A DNA stretch of 64,000 nt from Candidatus Saccharimonadota bacterium (lineage in GTDB: Bacteria > Patescibacteriota > Saccharimonadia > Saccharimonadales > Saccharimonadaceae). The notes beneath the pieces are model-generated. The model made no database searches, was not told the origin of the DNA, and saw only the letters and a list, made by a program, of their open reading frames with translations. This document shows, in pieces, positions 19,388 to 29,227 of the stretch; the first letter of the stretch is position 1; each line of letters opens with the position of its first letter. Where the stretch lies: NCBI GenBank assembly GCA_017545505.1, contig JAFWNB010000003.1, positions 76,830 through 140,829 of the forward strand, written 5' to 3'. Both the position numbers and the translations under genes were made by a program.

Positions 19388-19412
19388 GGAAAAGCCGCCT
19401 GAGCGGCTTTTT
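19388..19412 (+). terminator. Intrinsic terminator of cassette 2
   Basis: aaaagccgc-ctga-gcggcttttttt. Confidence 0.85.
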
Positions 19413-19484
19413 TTCATGCATTTAATATAATTCGTAATAAGATACCACTAAATGATTCTTTATCTATTATGGTATAATTAATCT

Positions 19485-19901
19485 ATGAAAAAGCCCAAAA
19501 CCCTAGATTCGGTAACAGTCAATCGTAAAGCAAAATACGATTATATTTTGGGCGATGAACTCACCGTAGGCATGGCACTTTCTGGGCCCGAAGTTCGCTC
19601 TATTCGCGATCATCACGTTCAGCTTAAGGGTTCATTTGTTACCATCAGAAACTCAGAGCTCTGGTTAAATAATCTTACTCTCGGCGCCGAAACTACCCGC
19701 AATATCAAGCTCCTCGCCACCAAAAAACAAATTAAAAGCCTGGAGCGCGAAAAGGTCGCCGGCTCCACCATCGTACCAGTCAAACTCCTTGGTGGTGCTC
19801 GCCATATTAAACTCGTAATTGCTATTGGCAAAGGAAAGAAAAAATATGACAAACGCGAATCAATCAAAAAACGCGACATAGAGCGAGGACGCTATGCTTA
19901 A
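19485..19901 (+). CDS. smpB: SsrA-binding protein
   Basis: NRKAKYDY, G..L.G.EV.SIR, IGKGKKKYDKRESIKKRD. Confidence 0.95.
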   Translation: MKKPKTLDSVTVNRKAKYDYILGDELTVGMALSGPEVRSIRDHHVQLKGSFVTIRNSELWLNNLTLGAETTRNIKLLATKKQIKSLEREKVAGSTIVPVKLLGGARHIKLVIAIGKGKKKYDKRESIKKRDIERGRYA

Positions 19902-20679
19902 AATCTATTCATGGAACGTAAATGGCTTGCGCGCGGTCATCAAAAAAGGAGCATTTCAGGATTTTATTACAAAAGAACACCCTGATATTTTATGTTTACA
20001 AGAAACTAAAGCTAAACAAGGTCAAGCCGAAATCGATCTTCCAGAATACGAAGAAATCTGGAATTCGGCTGAGCGACCAGGCTATTCTGGTACTGCAATT
20101 TTTACCAAAATTAAACCTTTATCCATCAAAAACACTCTCGAAACAAACAAAAATTTCGAAGATCAATTCGGTAATCCACTTACCGAGGGTCGCGTCCTTA
20201 CTGCTGAGTTTGAAATATTCTTTTTAGTTAACGTCTACACTCCAAATTCAAAAAACAATTTAGAAAGGTTAAATTTACGCGAAAAACTCTGGGATAAAGA
20301 ATTCTTGGAGTATCTCAAGAAACTGGAGAAGCAAAAACCCGTGGTAGTTTGTGGCGACTTTAACGCAGCTCACCAAGAAATAGATATCGCCAGACCAAAA
20401 ACCAATCATCACTCCGCCGGCTTCACTGACGAAGAAAGAAGGGGAATTACCAACTACATCAATGCCGGTTTTATCGACACTTTTCGTTATCTTTATCCAG
20501 ATTCCGTGCGCTATACTTGGTGGAGCCACTGGGGTAATGCCCGCGCTAATAATGTTGGTTGGCGTATCGACTATTTCTTCGTTTCTGAATCCCTCAAGAA
20601 TAATCTCAAATCCGCCGATATTTATGAAAAAATCATGGGATCCGATCATTGCCCAATTTCAATCGAACTGGAGTTTTAA
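19894..20679 (+). CDS. xth: Exodeoxyribonuclease III / AP endonuclease
   Basis: SWNVNGLRA, LQETK, GDFN, GWRIDYF, SDHCP. Confidence 0.95.
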   Translation: MLKIYSWNVNGLRAVIKKGAFQDFITKEHPDILCLQETKAKQGQAEIDLPEYEEIWNSAERPGYSGTAIFTKIKPLSIKNTLETNKNFEDQFGNPLTEGRVLTAEFEIFFLVNVYTPNSKNNLERLNLREKLWDKEFLEYLKKLEKQKPVVVCGDFNAAHQEIDIARPKTNHHSAGFTDEERRGITNYINAGFIDTFRYLYPDSVRYTWWSHWGNARANNVGWRIDYFFVSESLKNNLKSADIYEKIMGSDHCPISIELEF

Positions 20680-21452
20680 TGGATTATTTTGAAAAAATCG
20701 AAGTTCAAAAAGAAGATCTTACTTGGAACATACCAGAAACCAATCAAGGTTCCGTCAATGTAATTGGTGGAAATAGCAAACATTTTAAAACAGAAATCAA
20801 AACAACAGAATTTATAAGTAAATACCCTATCAAATCCCTAAAATTAATCCTACCGAACTCGCTAAAATCCCAACTACCTAATTTGCCAAATTTTACCTTC
20901 TTAGAGTCAACCGATTCAGGCTCATTTGCAAACGAAAATGAACTACTAGATTCTTTTAATTCTGCAGACTACAACCTTTTACTTGGAGACTTATCAAAAA
21001 ACACTATCACAGAAAAAGCGGTAGCAGCCGCGTGCAAAAACTCCGAAAAACCTCTGCTAATTACGCGCGATAGCATAGATTTAATCGCTAGTCATCAACC
21101 AGAAAAAGTATTAATGAATGAAAATGTTACCCTCATGGCCTCCATGGCGCAATTACAGAAACTATTTCGTGCGGTCTATTATCCTAAAATGTTGCTGCTT
21201 AGCCAATCCCTTATTCAAGTTGCCGAAACACTGCATAAGTTTACTCTAAGCTACCCCACTAAAATAATAACTCTCCATAGCGACCAAATTCTCATAGCAG
21301 AAAATGGGCAAGTAAAAGCTATCCAACTCGCAAAAACAAACTACAACGCTCTTTCTTTTTGGCAAGGAGAAGTCGCCGCCAAAATTGTGGCCCTTAATCT
21401 CTATAATCCAAACAATTTCATAAATGCCACAATTAGTGCGTTTTTTTCTTAG
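20679..21452 (+). CDS. YjeF C-terminal / carbohydrate-kinase-like protein (divergent)
   Basis: GSVNVIGG N-terminal pattern. Start ATG 20679 overlaps the xth stop (TAATG). Confidence 0.45.
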   Translation: MDYFEKIEVQKEDLTWNIPETNQGSVNVIGGNSKHFKTEIKTTEFISKYPIKSLKLILPNSLKSQLPNLPNFTFLESTDSGSFANENELLDSFNSADYNLLLGDLSKNTITEKAVAAACKNSEKPLLITRDSIDLIASHQPEKVLMNENVTLMASMAQLQKLFRAVYYPKMLLLSQSLIQVAETLHKFTLSYPTKIITLHSDQILIAENGQVKAIQLAKTNYNALSFWQGEVAAKIVALNLYNPNNFINATISAFFS

Positions 21453-22071
21453 CTAACTCTTTTTCAATTTCTACTGCATCACGCGAAACGTTTTTGCGAC
21501 GCTGTCTTAAGAAAAACCAGATAAAGACAAATATCGAACAGCCAAAGGCAAACAAAACTATTTTAACCGGCAATGGCCAGCTTGTAGCAAACAAAATAAA
21601 AGCATTTAATATTCCAAGACAAATTGTGTATAGATATCGCCTAGCTAAAACAATTTTCTTCGCTAATGGAAAATTTCTCCTAGTTAAAGAGTTTTTAGTA
21701 CAATTATCCGGATGTCCAAATAGTTTTCCATAAACAATTAATTCAATTGTGCCGCAAATTACTGTGTAATAAATAATCACAATCAGGCCAGCAATTACAT
21801 TAATACGTAACGTGACAAATAACACCTGGGCAACCGCTAGTAACGCATCTGAAACCATATCATATAATGCCGCATATTTACGATATTTTGGAATTTTATT
21901 CTTTGGAAATGGCCATTTTCGTGCGCAAGTCCCATCGAAAGTATCCGTAAGCTCTGCTGTCAAAAAAATTACAAATGCCGCATCTGCTGATCCGCCCGCA
22001 AAAGCCAGAACAAGTAATACAATGCCTAAAATAAATCTCGATAAAGTTAATAAATCTGCTAAATATCTCAT
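21433..22071 (-). CDS. CDP-alcohol phosphatidyltransferase family protein
   Basis: ADLLTLSR, TDTFDGTCARK, YDMVSD signature. Confidence 0.85.
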   Translation of the reverse strand: MRYLADLLTLSRFILGIVLLVLAFAGGSADAAFVIFLTAELTDTFDGTCARKWPFPKNKIPKYRKYAALYDMVSDALLAVAQVLFVTLRINVIAGLIVIIYYTVICGTIELIVYGKLFGHPDNCTKNSLTRRNFPLAKKIVLARRYLYTICLGILNAFILFATSWPLPVKIVLFAFGCSIFVFIWFFLRQRRKNVSRDAVEIEKELAKKKTH

Positions 22072-23300
22072 TCTTTTATTATATCATTAAATATTTTCTC
22101 CAAAATTTTTATTCTTTCTGAAGCTAATATTTCTTTACGATGCAAAATCATTACTTTGCTCATTTGCGAAATTTTTTCCGAATGACGCATTAAATTATCT
22201 AAAGCTTCGGCCATGCTATCGGAACTTTCGGACGCGCTCATTATAAAGCTTCCTTCCGGTACTACTTCCTTCATATCTGGATCACAAAAGAATACTGGTA
22301 CCGCGTAGGCCTCCGCCTCGATCAAAGTCATACCAAAAGTATCGAAATTATATGACACTAGAACATCTAAATGAGATCTATTAATTGCATCAGATAACTT
22401 ATCAAATGCCACATTACCGTGAAAAACCACGTTCATGTTATGTTTTTTTGAAAACCTTTGCGCACGCCAAAAATCTCCACCGCCACCATAAACGTCCATT
22501 TTATATTTTCCATTAACTTTTGACAACGCCCTTAAAAACGGCATCATACGCTTTTCGGCCGAAACTCTAGAATGCCAAATAATCTTTAATGTTTCATTTG
22601 GCGCCAAAGATTTAACTTCAGCTTTCTTGGGAAACATTTCATCTGAATAACTGTTCGGAAGCACCTTTATATCTTTTTTTACGCCATAATGTATTAGTTT
22701 TTGACGAAAATGATTGGACGGCGTCAAGACTAAATCAGCATAATTCGCATGGTTCACCATTAGAGTCCACATTTTGGCTTTTGCGATTGTATTAGCCAGA
22801 TAATCATCTCGGCACACCGTCTTAAAATGCGGCAAATACCACGAATGAAACCAATTTAATAATATTGCAACGATAGTCCTAAAACCAAAGGGAATAATAT
22901 TTCCTTCACCCATATCTTCTCGCCCATGCATTACTTGCACAGACGGAATCTTCAATCGACGCGCTAGTCTAAGACCTGCAATCGAACATCCCCCTTCATA
23001 ATGCACGTAAAAAACATCAAAATCCTTAATCTCTGGATATTTTTTTAGTAACCATTTTTCAATTATCTTTGGACGACGCGAAACAGGAGTTAGGCCACGA
23101 AAAAACAAACGACAACTTGGTACTTGAAAAATATTTTTTTCAGCTAATTTTTTTAACTCTTTATTATTTTTTGGGAAACCGGTACTAAAAATATAGACAG
23201 TGTGGCCGTTTTTCTCTAAAGCAACCTTTTGCGCATCGATTGAAGTTTTTATTCCGCCAGTTAAATCTAAATAACAATCAGAAAAGAAAGCAATTTTCAT
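22068..23300 (-). CDS. GT4 glycosyltransferase (possible glycolipid synthase)
   Basis: MKIAFFSDCY, DTFGMTLIEA. Start revised to 23300 (TATAAT-N6-ATG). Coupled to the CDP-alcohol phosphatidyltransferase. Confidence 0.85.
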   Translation of the reverse strand: MKIAFFSDCYLDLTGGIKTSIDAQKVALEKNGHTVYIFSTGFPKNNKELKKLAEKNIFQVPSCRLFFRGLTPVSRRPKIIEKWLLKKYPEIKDFDVFYVHYEGGCSIAGLRLARRLKIPSVQVMHGREDMGEGNIIPFGFRTIVAILLNWFHSWYLPHFKTVCRDDYLANTIAKAKMWTLMVNHANYADLVLTPSNHFRQKLIHYGVKKDIKVLPNSYSDEMFPKKAEVKSLAPNETLKIIWHSRVSAEKRMMPFLRALSKVNGKYKMDVYGGGGDFWRAQRFSKKHNMNVVFHGNVAFDKLSDAINRSHLDVLVSYNFDTFGMTLIEAEAYAVPVFFCDPDMKEVVPEGSFIMSASESSDSMAEALDNLMRHSEKISQMSKVMILHRKEILASERIKILEKIFNDIIKE

Positions 23301-23351
23301 ACCATCATTATACATCATTATTATTTGTGCTATAATAACTATACAATATTA

Positions 23352-23440
23352 ATATCAAGAAGGAGCGAGGGAACGGCCCAACGACCTCCTGCCAACCTAG
23401 CTTTGCCAAGGTGGTAATTCCGACCAGAAAGGAAAGATAT
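23352..23440 (+). promoter_or_regulatory. SAM-I riboswitch upstream of metK
   Basis: atatcaaga...gagggaacggccc...gccaacc...aaggtggtaattcc...gaaagatat matches the SAM-I core; P1 atatc/gatat abuts the start codon. Confidence 0.88.
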
Positions 23441-24482
23441 GTTCTATCGAACTGCGGAGAGTGTTTCTCCAAAACATCCAGACAAACTTTGCGACCAAAT
23501 CAGCGATGCGATTTTGGATGCCTATTTAGCTAAGGATCCTAACGCACGCGTAGCCGCCGAAACCTGTGGTGGACACGGCGTAGTATTTGTGACTGGCGAA
23601 ATCACCAGTACGGCGAACGAAGTAGATATTCCAAAAATCGTCAAACGCATTGCAGGTGATGATGTAGAAGTTCATACTAAAGTCGTCAAACAATCACCAG
23701 AAATCGCTCAAGGCGTAGATACTGGTGGTGCCGGCGACCAGGGAATCATGATTGGCTACGCCTGTGATGAAACTCCTGAAATGGTACCACGCGAAGTAAT
23801 CTTAGCTCGCCGCCTCAATCAGTTTATTTATGAAAAATATCCATATGACGGCAAAACTCAAGTCACTATCGCCCCGAACGGCTCGATCGATTCAATTGTG
23901 GCAAGTTTCCAGAATGTACCACACGATAAATTAGAAAAGTTGGTTCGAGAGTTTATTGAAAAATTTGGGTTAATTGATGCTCCAAAACCATATTCTGAGG
24001 ACCATAAGCTTGGGCGAGCGCCCTCGAGCGCGTCCGAAGAAGATGGTTTGGAGCACGCAATCAAACTTCACATTAACCCGGCTGGCGACTGGAACCAAGG
24101 CGGCTTCGATGCTGATACTGGACTTACCGGACGCAAGCTTATCGTAGATAATTATGGCCCACGCGTCGCTATTGGCGGTGGTTGCTATTCTGGCAAAGAT
24201 CCAAGTAAAGTAGACCGCTCCGCTGCCTACATGGCTAGAAAAATTGCCGTAGATTATTTAAAAAAACGCCACGCCCATGAAGTTTTAGTCCGCCTAGCTT
24301 ACGCCATCGGCTACGCCGAACCATTAGAAAAAACCGTAATCATCGATGGAAAACCCGAAGAAATCGAAGGTTACGACTTAACACCAAACGGTATTATTAA
24401 ATTCTTAGATTTAAAACGACCAATCTACGAAAAAACTGCTATGTGGGGCCACTACGGCGAAGGTTTTGACTGGGATAAATAA
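23439..24482 (+). CDS. metK: S-adenosylmethionine synthetase
   Basis: ESVSPKHPDKLCDQISD, GAGDQG, DTGLTGRKLIVD, GKDPSKVDRSAAY; carries a palindromic insertion. Confidence 0.97.
   Translation: MFYRTAESVSPKHPDKLCDQISDAILDAYLAKDPNARVAAETCGGHGVVFVTGEITSTANEVDIPKIVKRIAGDDVEVHTKVVKQSPEIAQGVDTGGAGDQGIMIGYACDETPEMVPREVILARRLNQFIYEKYPYDGKTQVTIAPNGSIDSIVASFQNVPHDKLEKLVREFIEKFGLIDAPKPYSEDHKLGRAPSSASEEDGLEHAIKLHINPAGDWNQGGFDADTGLTGRKLIVDNYGPRVAIGGGCYSGKDPSKVDRSAAYMARKIAVDYLKKRHAHEVLVRLAYAIGYAEPLEKTVIIDGKPEEIEGYDLTPNGIIKFLDLKRPIYEKTAMWGHYGEGFDWDK
23985..24049 (+). repeat. Palindromic repeat element, in frame within metK
   Basis: Core gaggaccataagcttgggcgagcgccctcgagcgcgtccga matches 46160-46225 and 57588-57660. 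Confidence 0.8.
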
Positions 24483-24500
24483 TCGTGCCATAATATATAC

Positions 24501-26267
24501 ATGGCAAAAACAGGAAACATAAAAAGAACATTACATTATTTTTGGTTAGCTTTAATGCAGCATAAAATTAGAGCTATACTATTGCTTATTTTGATTCCAA
24601 TTTGGATTTTTATTCTTAATGTCGTCGTCCCATACGGCACATCGCAAATTATCGGCAAATTATCAAGCGGTGATTTCGAAATCGAAAATTACATCGGCGT
24701 GCTACTATTAACGATATTACCAGCAGCTTTTAATAATCTCGCCATGGTACGCTTTATTGACTGGCTAGATTGGTCAATTGATGCGCTTAGCGGAGAATAT
24801 TTATCAAAATTAGCATTCAAGGCAGTTATAAATCAATCTATGACTTTTCATAGCGAAAAGTTTTCCGGCTCACTAATTAGTGCGGCCAACAAGTTGCCAA
24901 GAGCATTTATAAACTTCAAATCTAACTTTGTATGGGATTTTTATCCTTTAATTCTAACTACAATTTATTCAATAGTCGTAGCAGCATTAATCTGCGCGCC
25001 ATTCGCGGCAATCCTAGCAGCATTTACTATTATTTATACGGCAGTAGCAGTTACTACCTACTACAAAACACGTAAAGTTGACGAAAACCTAGCAAATGCC
25101 GAAAACAAACAAACCGGACAACTAGCAGATGCAATCACGAACGAGATGTCGGTAAAATCATACGCGCGCGAAAATCTAGAAAACACCAGATTTGCTATTG
25201 CTACTAAACACACTAAAAAAGCAACTTTTAACGTTGCTAAAGTTTCCATGTGGCGTAATCTTTCTATGAATATAGTAAATATGATAACCTTTGCGGGGTT
25301 GCTTATTCTGATCGTTATGAGCCATAATTGGTTTGGTCTTTCAGTGGCAAATATGGTCTTTTTGTATTCACTTTCAAATTCATTACTTTCAAAAGTTTGG
25401 ACAATTAATCATATTTTAAGATCTATCAACCGCTCATTTGGAGATGCAAAAGAAATAGTAGAAATCTTGGACCTTCCTTTAATAATTGATGACAAAACAG
25501 ACAAACCACTCAAAATTACACAGGCAGAAATATGCTTTAATCATATTGCATTTAAACACCATGATCAAAAAACTGAATTATTCAAGGATTTTTGCTTAAC
25601 CATCCCAAGCGGCAAAAGCATAGGTCTAGTTGGCGTATCTGGCTCTGGCAAGACTACACTAACTAAGCTTTTATTAAGATTTGACGACGTTACATCTGGC
25701 TCAATTGCTATAGACGGGCAAGATATCAAAGATGTGACCCAGAAAAGTTTACGCGAGAATATAGCATATGTCCCTCAGGAATCCTCACTATTTCATCGTT
25801 CAGTTTTTGAAAACATTGCCTACGGCAAAATAGATACTACAAAGGAAGAAGTTATTCGCGCCGCAAAACTAGCCAATGCGGATGAATTTATCAACGAACT
25901 TCCAAACAAATACGAAACCCTAGTCGGTGAACGCGGGATAAAACTATCTGGTGGCCAAAGACAAAGAATCGCAATTGCGCGAGCTATTTTAAAAGATGCA
26001 CCAATTTTAATCTTAGATGAAGCGACCTCCGCGCTAGACTCAGAATCTGAAGGATTAATTCAAGAAGCACTTAAAAATCTCATGAAAGGCCGTACCGCAA
26101 TCGTCGTAGCTCATCGCTTGTCTACTATTGCTGGACTAGACGAAATTGTTGTTTTAAAAAATGGCCGCATCGTTGAACGCGGCACACATCATGAATTATT
26201 AAAATCAAACAAAGAGTATGCTAAGCTTTGGTCAAAACAAAGTGGAGCATTTCTAAAAGAAAATTAA
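24501..26267 (+). CDS. ABC exporter, fused permease/ATPase (MsbA/multidrug-like)
   Basis: Six TM, GVSGSGKTT, LSGGQRQR, ILDEATSALD. Confidence 0.93.
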   Translation: MAKTGNIKRTLHYFWLALMQHKIRAILLLILIPIWIFILNVVVPYGTSQIIGKLSSGDFEIENYIGVLLLTILPAAFNNLAMVRFIDWLDWSIDALSGEYLSKLAFKAVINQSMTFHSEKFSGSLISAANKLPRAFINFKSNFVWDFYPLILTTIYSIVVAALICAPFAAILAAFTIIYTAVAVTTYYKTRKVDENLANAENKQTGQLADAITNEMSVKSYARENLENTRFAIATKHTKKATFNVAKVSMWRNLSMNIVNMITFAGLLILIVMSHNWFGLSVANMVFLYSLSNSLLSKVWTINHILRSINRSFGDAKEIVEILDLPLIIDDKTDKPLKITQAEICFNHIAFKHHDQKTELFKDFCLTIPSGKSIGLVGVSGSGKTTLTKLLLRFDDVTSGSIAIDGQDIKDVTQKSLRENIAYVPQESSLFHRSVFENIAYGKIDTTKEEVIRAAKLANADEFINELPNKYETLVGERGIKLSGGQRQRIAIARAILKDAPILILDEATSALDSESEGLIQEALKNLMKGRTAIVVAHRLSTIAGLDEIVVLKNGRIVERGTHHELLKSNKEYAKLWSKQSGAFLKEN

Positions 26268-26301
26268 GCCCGTAGGCTTATTCTATTTTCCATGCGTAGC
26301 A

Positions 26302-26417
26302 TGGTGGGCGAAGAGGGAATCGATTCGAAGAACGATTCCAACTTTTTACATACGCAGTATGGTGGGCGAAGAGGGAATCGATTCGAAGAACGATTCCAAC
26401 TTTTTACATACGCAGTA
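26302..26417 (-). repeat. Two tandem 58-bp repeats each ending in the tRNA-Leu 3' end (incl. CCA)
   Basis: tggtgggcgaagagggaatcga at 26302, 26360 and 26418 with identical intervening sequence. Confidence 0.9.
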
Positions 26418-26504
26418 TGGTGGGCGAAGAGGGAATCGAACCCTCATGGTATCGCTACCATTGGATTTTGAGTCCAACGCGTCTACCAATTCCGCCATTC
26501 GCCC
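26418..26504 (-). tRNA. tRNA-Leu(CAA)
   Basis: gggcgaa...ttgga-ctCAAaa-tccaa, long variable arm, ggttcgattcc, encoded CCA. Confidence 0.96.
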
Positions 26505-26552
26505 GTGTCAATAATTATACCATATCTAAATCTGATATGCTATAATAAACCT

Positions 26553-27740
26553 ATGGATTCAAAAATAGGTGGGCAATCTTCAAATGACTTGCAACGCCAA
26601 GCTGCGGCAACTATCGCCAGACGTAAAGTTTTGGCAGCTTATGCTAAATCCGCAAAAAATGCCGAAAAGGAACAAAATGCCAGTTCGTATAAAAATGAGC
26701 CCGTAACGCATAAAATTAATTCAGAATCTTGGAAAAAATACCATTCCGCGTGGCAAGACTACTACCAAAAGTATTACAGCGAATATTACTCCAATGCTGC
26801 TAGAAATTATATAGCAAAAGAGCGCCTAAAAGATGCCCGCGAAAAAGCCGAAGAAGAAGAAATCATGAACTCTGTTTTAAAATCTAGCGCCAAGCTAGAC
26901 AAAAAATCCGGTCTTTCTCTTGGCGCGTCCGCAAACTCCGAAGAAAATAACAGTATCCGTCAAAATTTACGCGCTCATATTCGCAAGAAAGCTACAGATA
27001 GCGCCAAAAAAACCCGTCGCCATCGCCGATTAATCCCCATCATCGCGGGAATTACCGTAGTCTTACTGATTTTATTTTTGCAATATAACCGTTTAATTTT
27101 TGCGCCAATCATGGCCTATGTCTCTCCCGGTAATTCACCAGCCTCAGAAATTGAAGCAATAGATCCAACCATTACGCAAACCGTCTCGGCTGATCCACGC
27201 TTAATTATTCCAAAACTAAATATCGACGTACCGGTCCATTTTGGTATTGGACTTTCGGAAGTAATGTCGGCGATGAACAACGGTGTAGCTCACTATCGCA
27301 TCGCCGGTGCTAGCGCCTTCCCAGGCGAAATTGGTAATTTAGTAATTACCGGTCATTCCGCAGGCGATGTTTATAGCTCTAACCCATACAAATACATTTT
27401 CTCTGGGCTAGAAAGATTAAGTGACGGCGACCTTATTTACATTAATTACAAATCCACCAGATATACGTATCGCGTAATCAAAAAAGAAGTTGTAGAGCCT
27501 TCAAATGTGGCTGCTCTCGTCGTAGAAACCAATAAACCACTTCTTACTCTAGTGACTTGTACGCCACTCGGTACATCAAGATACCGTTTGCTTGTTACTG
27601 CTGAACAGATTTCTCCAAGCTACGATGCGGCCGAACAATCCGAAAACATGCCAACTATAGACCAAAATTCAGAAGAATTTCTTCCTTCCAACGAACCATC
27701 ATTCTTTGAAGGAATATGGAATTGGTTAACCGGCAATTAA
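26553..27740 (+). CDS. Sortase with long N-terminal extension
   Basis: ITGHS, LTLVTCTPLGTSRYRL (His/Cys/Arg triad), TM at ~RLIPIIAGITVVLLILF. Confidence 0.88.
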   Translation: MDSKIGGQSSNDLQRQAAATIARRKVLAAYAKSAKNAEKEQNASSYKNEPVTHKINSESWKKYHSAWQDYYQKYYSEYYSNAARNYIAKERLKDAREKAEEEEIMNSVLKSSAKLDKKSGLSLGASANSEENNSIRQNLRAHIRKKATDSAKKTRRHRRLIPIIAGITVVLLILFLQYNRLIFAPIMAYVSPGNSPASEIEAIDPTITQTVSADPRLIIPKLNIDVPVHFGIGLSEVMSAMNNGVAHYRIAGASAFPGEIGNLVITGHSAGDVYSSNPYKYIFSGLERLSDGDLIYINYKSTRYTYRVIKKEVVEPSNVAALVVETNKPLLTLVTCTPLGTSRYRLLVTAEQISPSYDAAEQSENMPTIDQNSEEFLPSNEPSFFEGIWNWLTGN

Positions 27741-29134
27741 TGTTCCACTAACCATTCTCTTATTAAACTGTCATCACTAATATAATACAACCACTTATCC
27801 GAAGTAATGGTAACAGGGAAGTGATCGGAAACATTTGAAGCTAATACTCTATGGTTTAACCCATCAAAATCATACACTGTCAATTCACCACCATTAACCG
27901 CATATATCATATCATCATCCAACCAGCCGTATCTCTCACCACCCAGCGACCATTCTATAATATTGGTAGACTCCATATCGAGCGTCGCAATATTAGCGCC
28001 ATTAAACATTATAATGAACTCACCATTATGACCGACTTTCATTTTTTCTGGCACAAAACTAAGTCTAAATTCCTGAATCCTAGAAAAATCATCTTCTTTA
28101 AACAGATTTACGTTATCATTCTGGATGATAGTTAAATACTTATCATCATAGAATTTACTAATCAGTATTTTTGCCGGATCGGTTATTGTTTCGAGTTTTT
28201 CGAGTTTACTATCACCAATTTTTGTAATTCCTACTTCAAACTCACTATCGAGCTTAGCGACATATGCAATTTCGTTTTCAAAATGATCAAAACTAACAAC
28301 ATTGTCAACAATAATTGCGGATATCACTTTACCTGAAACATCAATTTTATGTAAATTATTGTTTTGTACGACTAATAAACTGTTTGCCGAATTATCTAAG
28401 ATTCTTACATCTGTAAAAGTTGCACCAAACTCCTTTGTAAGATTTGTGCTATTCTTTAAGTTCTTTACATCAATTAAAGCCCATTCGATTTCTTCACCGT
28501 TTTTTACTTTGAATAACACATGACTATTATCCTTTGCCCAATCTATACTAATTATTTCGCCGCCGAACAAACCAACCGATGCCCCCTCGGCTACACTTGC
28601 ACTAGAAAAGTATTCCGATGTATTTATTATATTTATCTCGGCTTTTTCTCGATCAAGATTTATTAGCTTCCATTCCGTAGTGTTATTAATCATTATTGCC
28701 ATTTCACGATTTGGAGAAACGCTAGCGAGAGTTGTACCACTAATATCTAAGATTTTTTCTTTTTCGCGTTTTAACAAAAATAATCTAGGATAGTGGATTC
28801 GGTATAATAATCCTTCAGATATTTCTACTGTTTTCGACCACGAATCATAACCATCTTTTTTTAGCTTTATTGTATGTTTTCCGCTAGGCAACACCTTGGA
28901 CGTATTCGTACGTTGTAACCATGCCGCTTTGTCGTCAATTATTACTTCGGCGCCAGTAGGCACGGAAGATATTTGCAAAAGCCCTTGTCTTTCAACTTTA
29001 AAATCTGAGTTCACCCAATAACCAGAAACCACGAAAGCAAGAGAAATCACCGTAACGATTACCGCTAAAGTCATTATTATCTCAGAAGCAATCACTCGAT
29101 AACTTTGACGACGTCGCTTTTTTTCTCTATCCAT
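27737..29134 (-). CDS. PEGA-domain membrane-anchored protein with beta-rich C-terminus
   Basis: GLLQISSVPTGAEVIID...LPSGKHTIKLKKDGYDSW. Confidence 0.8.
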   Translation of the reverse strand: MDREKKRRRQSYRVIASEIIMTLAVIVTVISLAFVVSGYWVNSDFKVERQGLLQISSVPTGAEVIIDDKAAWLQRTNTSKVLPSGKHTIKLKKDGYDSWSKTVEISEGLLYRIHYPRLFLLKREKEKILDISGTTLASVSPNREMAIMINNTTEWKLINLDREKAEINIINTSEYFSSASVAEGASVGLFGGEIISIDWAKDNSHVLFKVKNGEEIEWALIDVKNLKNSTNLTKEFGATFTDVRILDNSANSLLVVQNNNLHKIDVSGKVISAIIVDNVVSFDHFENEIAYVAKLDSEFEVGITKIGDSKLEKLETITDPAKILISKFYDDKYLTIIQNDNVNLFKEDDFSRIQEFRLSFVPEKMKVGHNGEFIIMFNGANIATLDMESTNIIEWSLGGERYGWLDDDMIYAVNGGELTVYDFDGLNHRVLASNVSDHFPVTITSDKWLYYISDDSLIREWLVEH

Positions 29135-29227
29135 ATATGCCTAAATTATATCATGAAAATACAAAATTAGCTCTTGCATTTTATTTTAAACAATAGTATC
29201 ATGGATATAAGAATAAGCGAGGTTATA

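Noticed and set aside
26302-26440. Possible CRISPR array
   Set aside because: The intervening sequences are identical rather than unique spacers, the repeat is the tRNA-Leu 3' end, and there are no cas genes.
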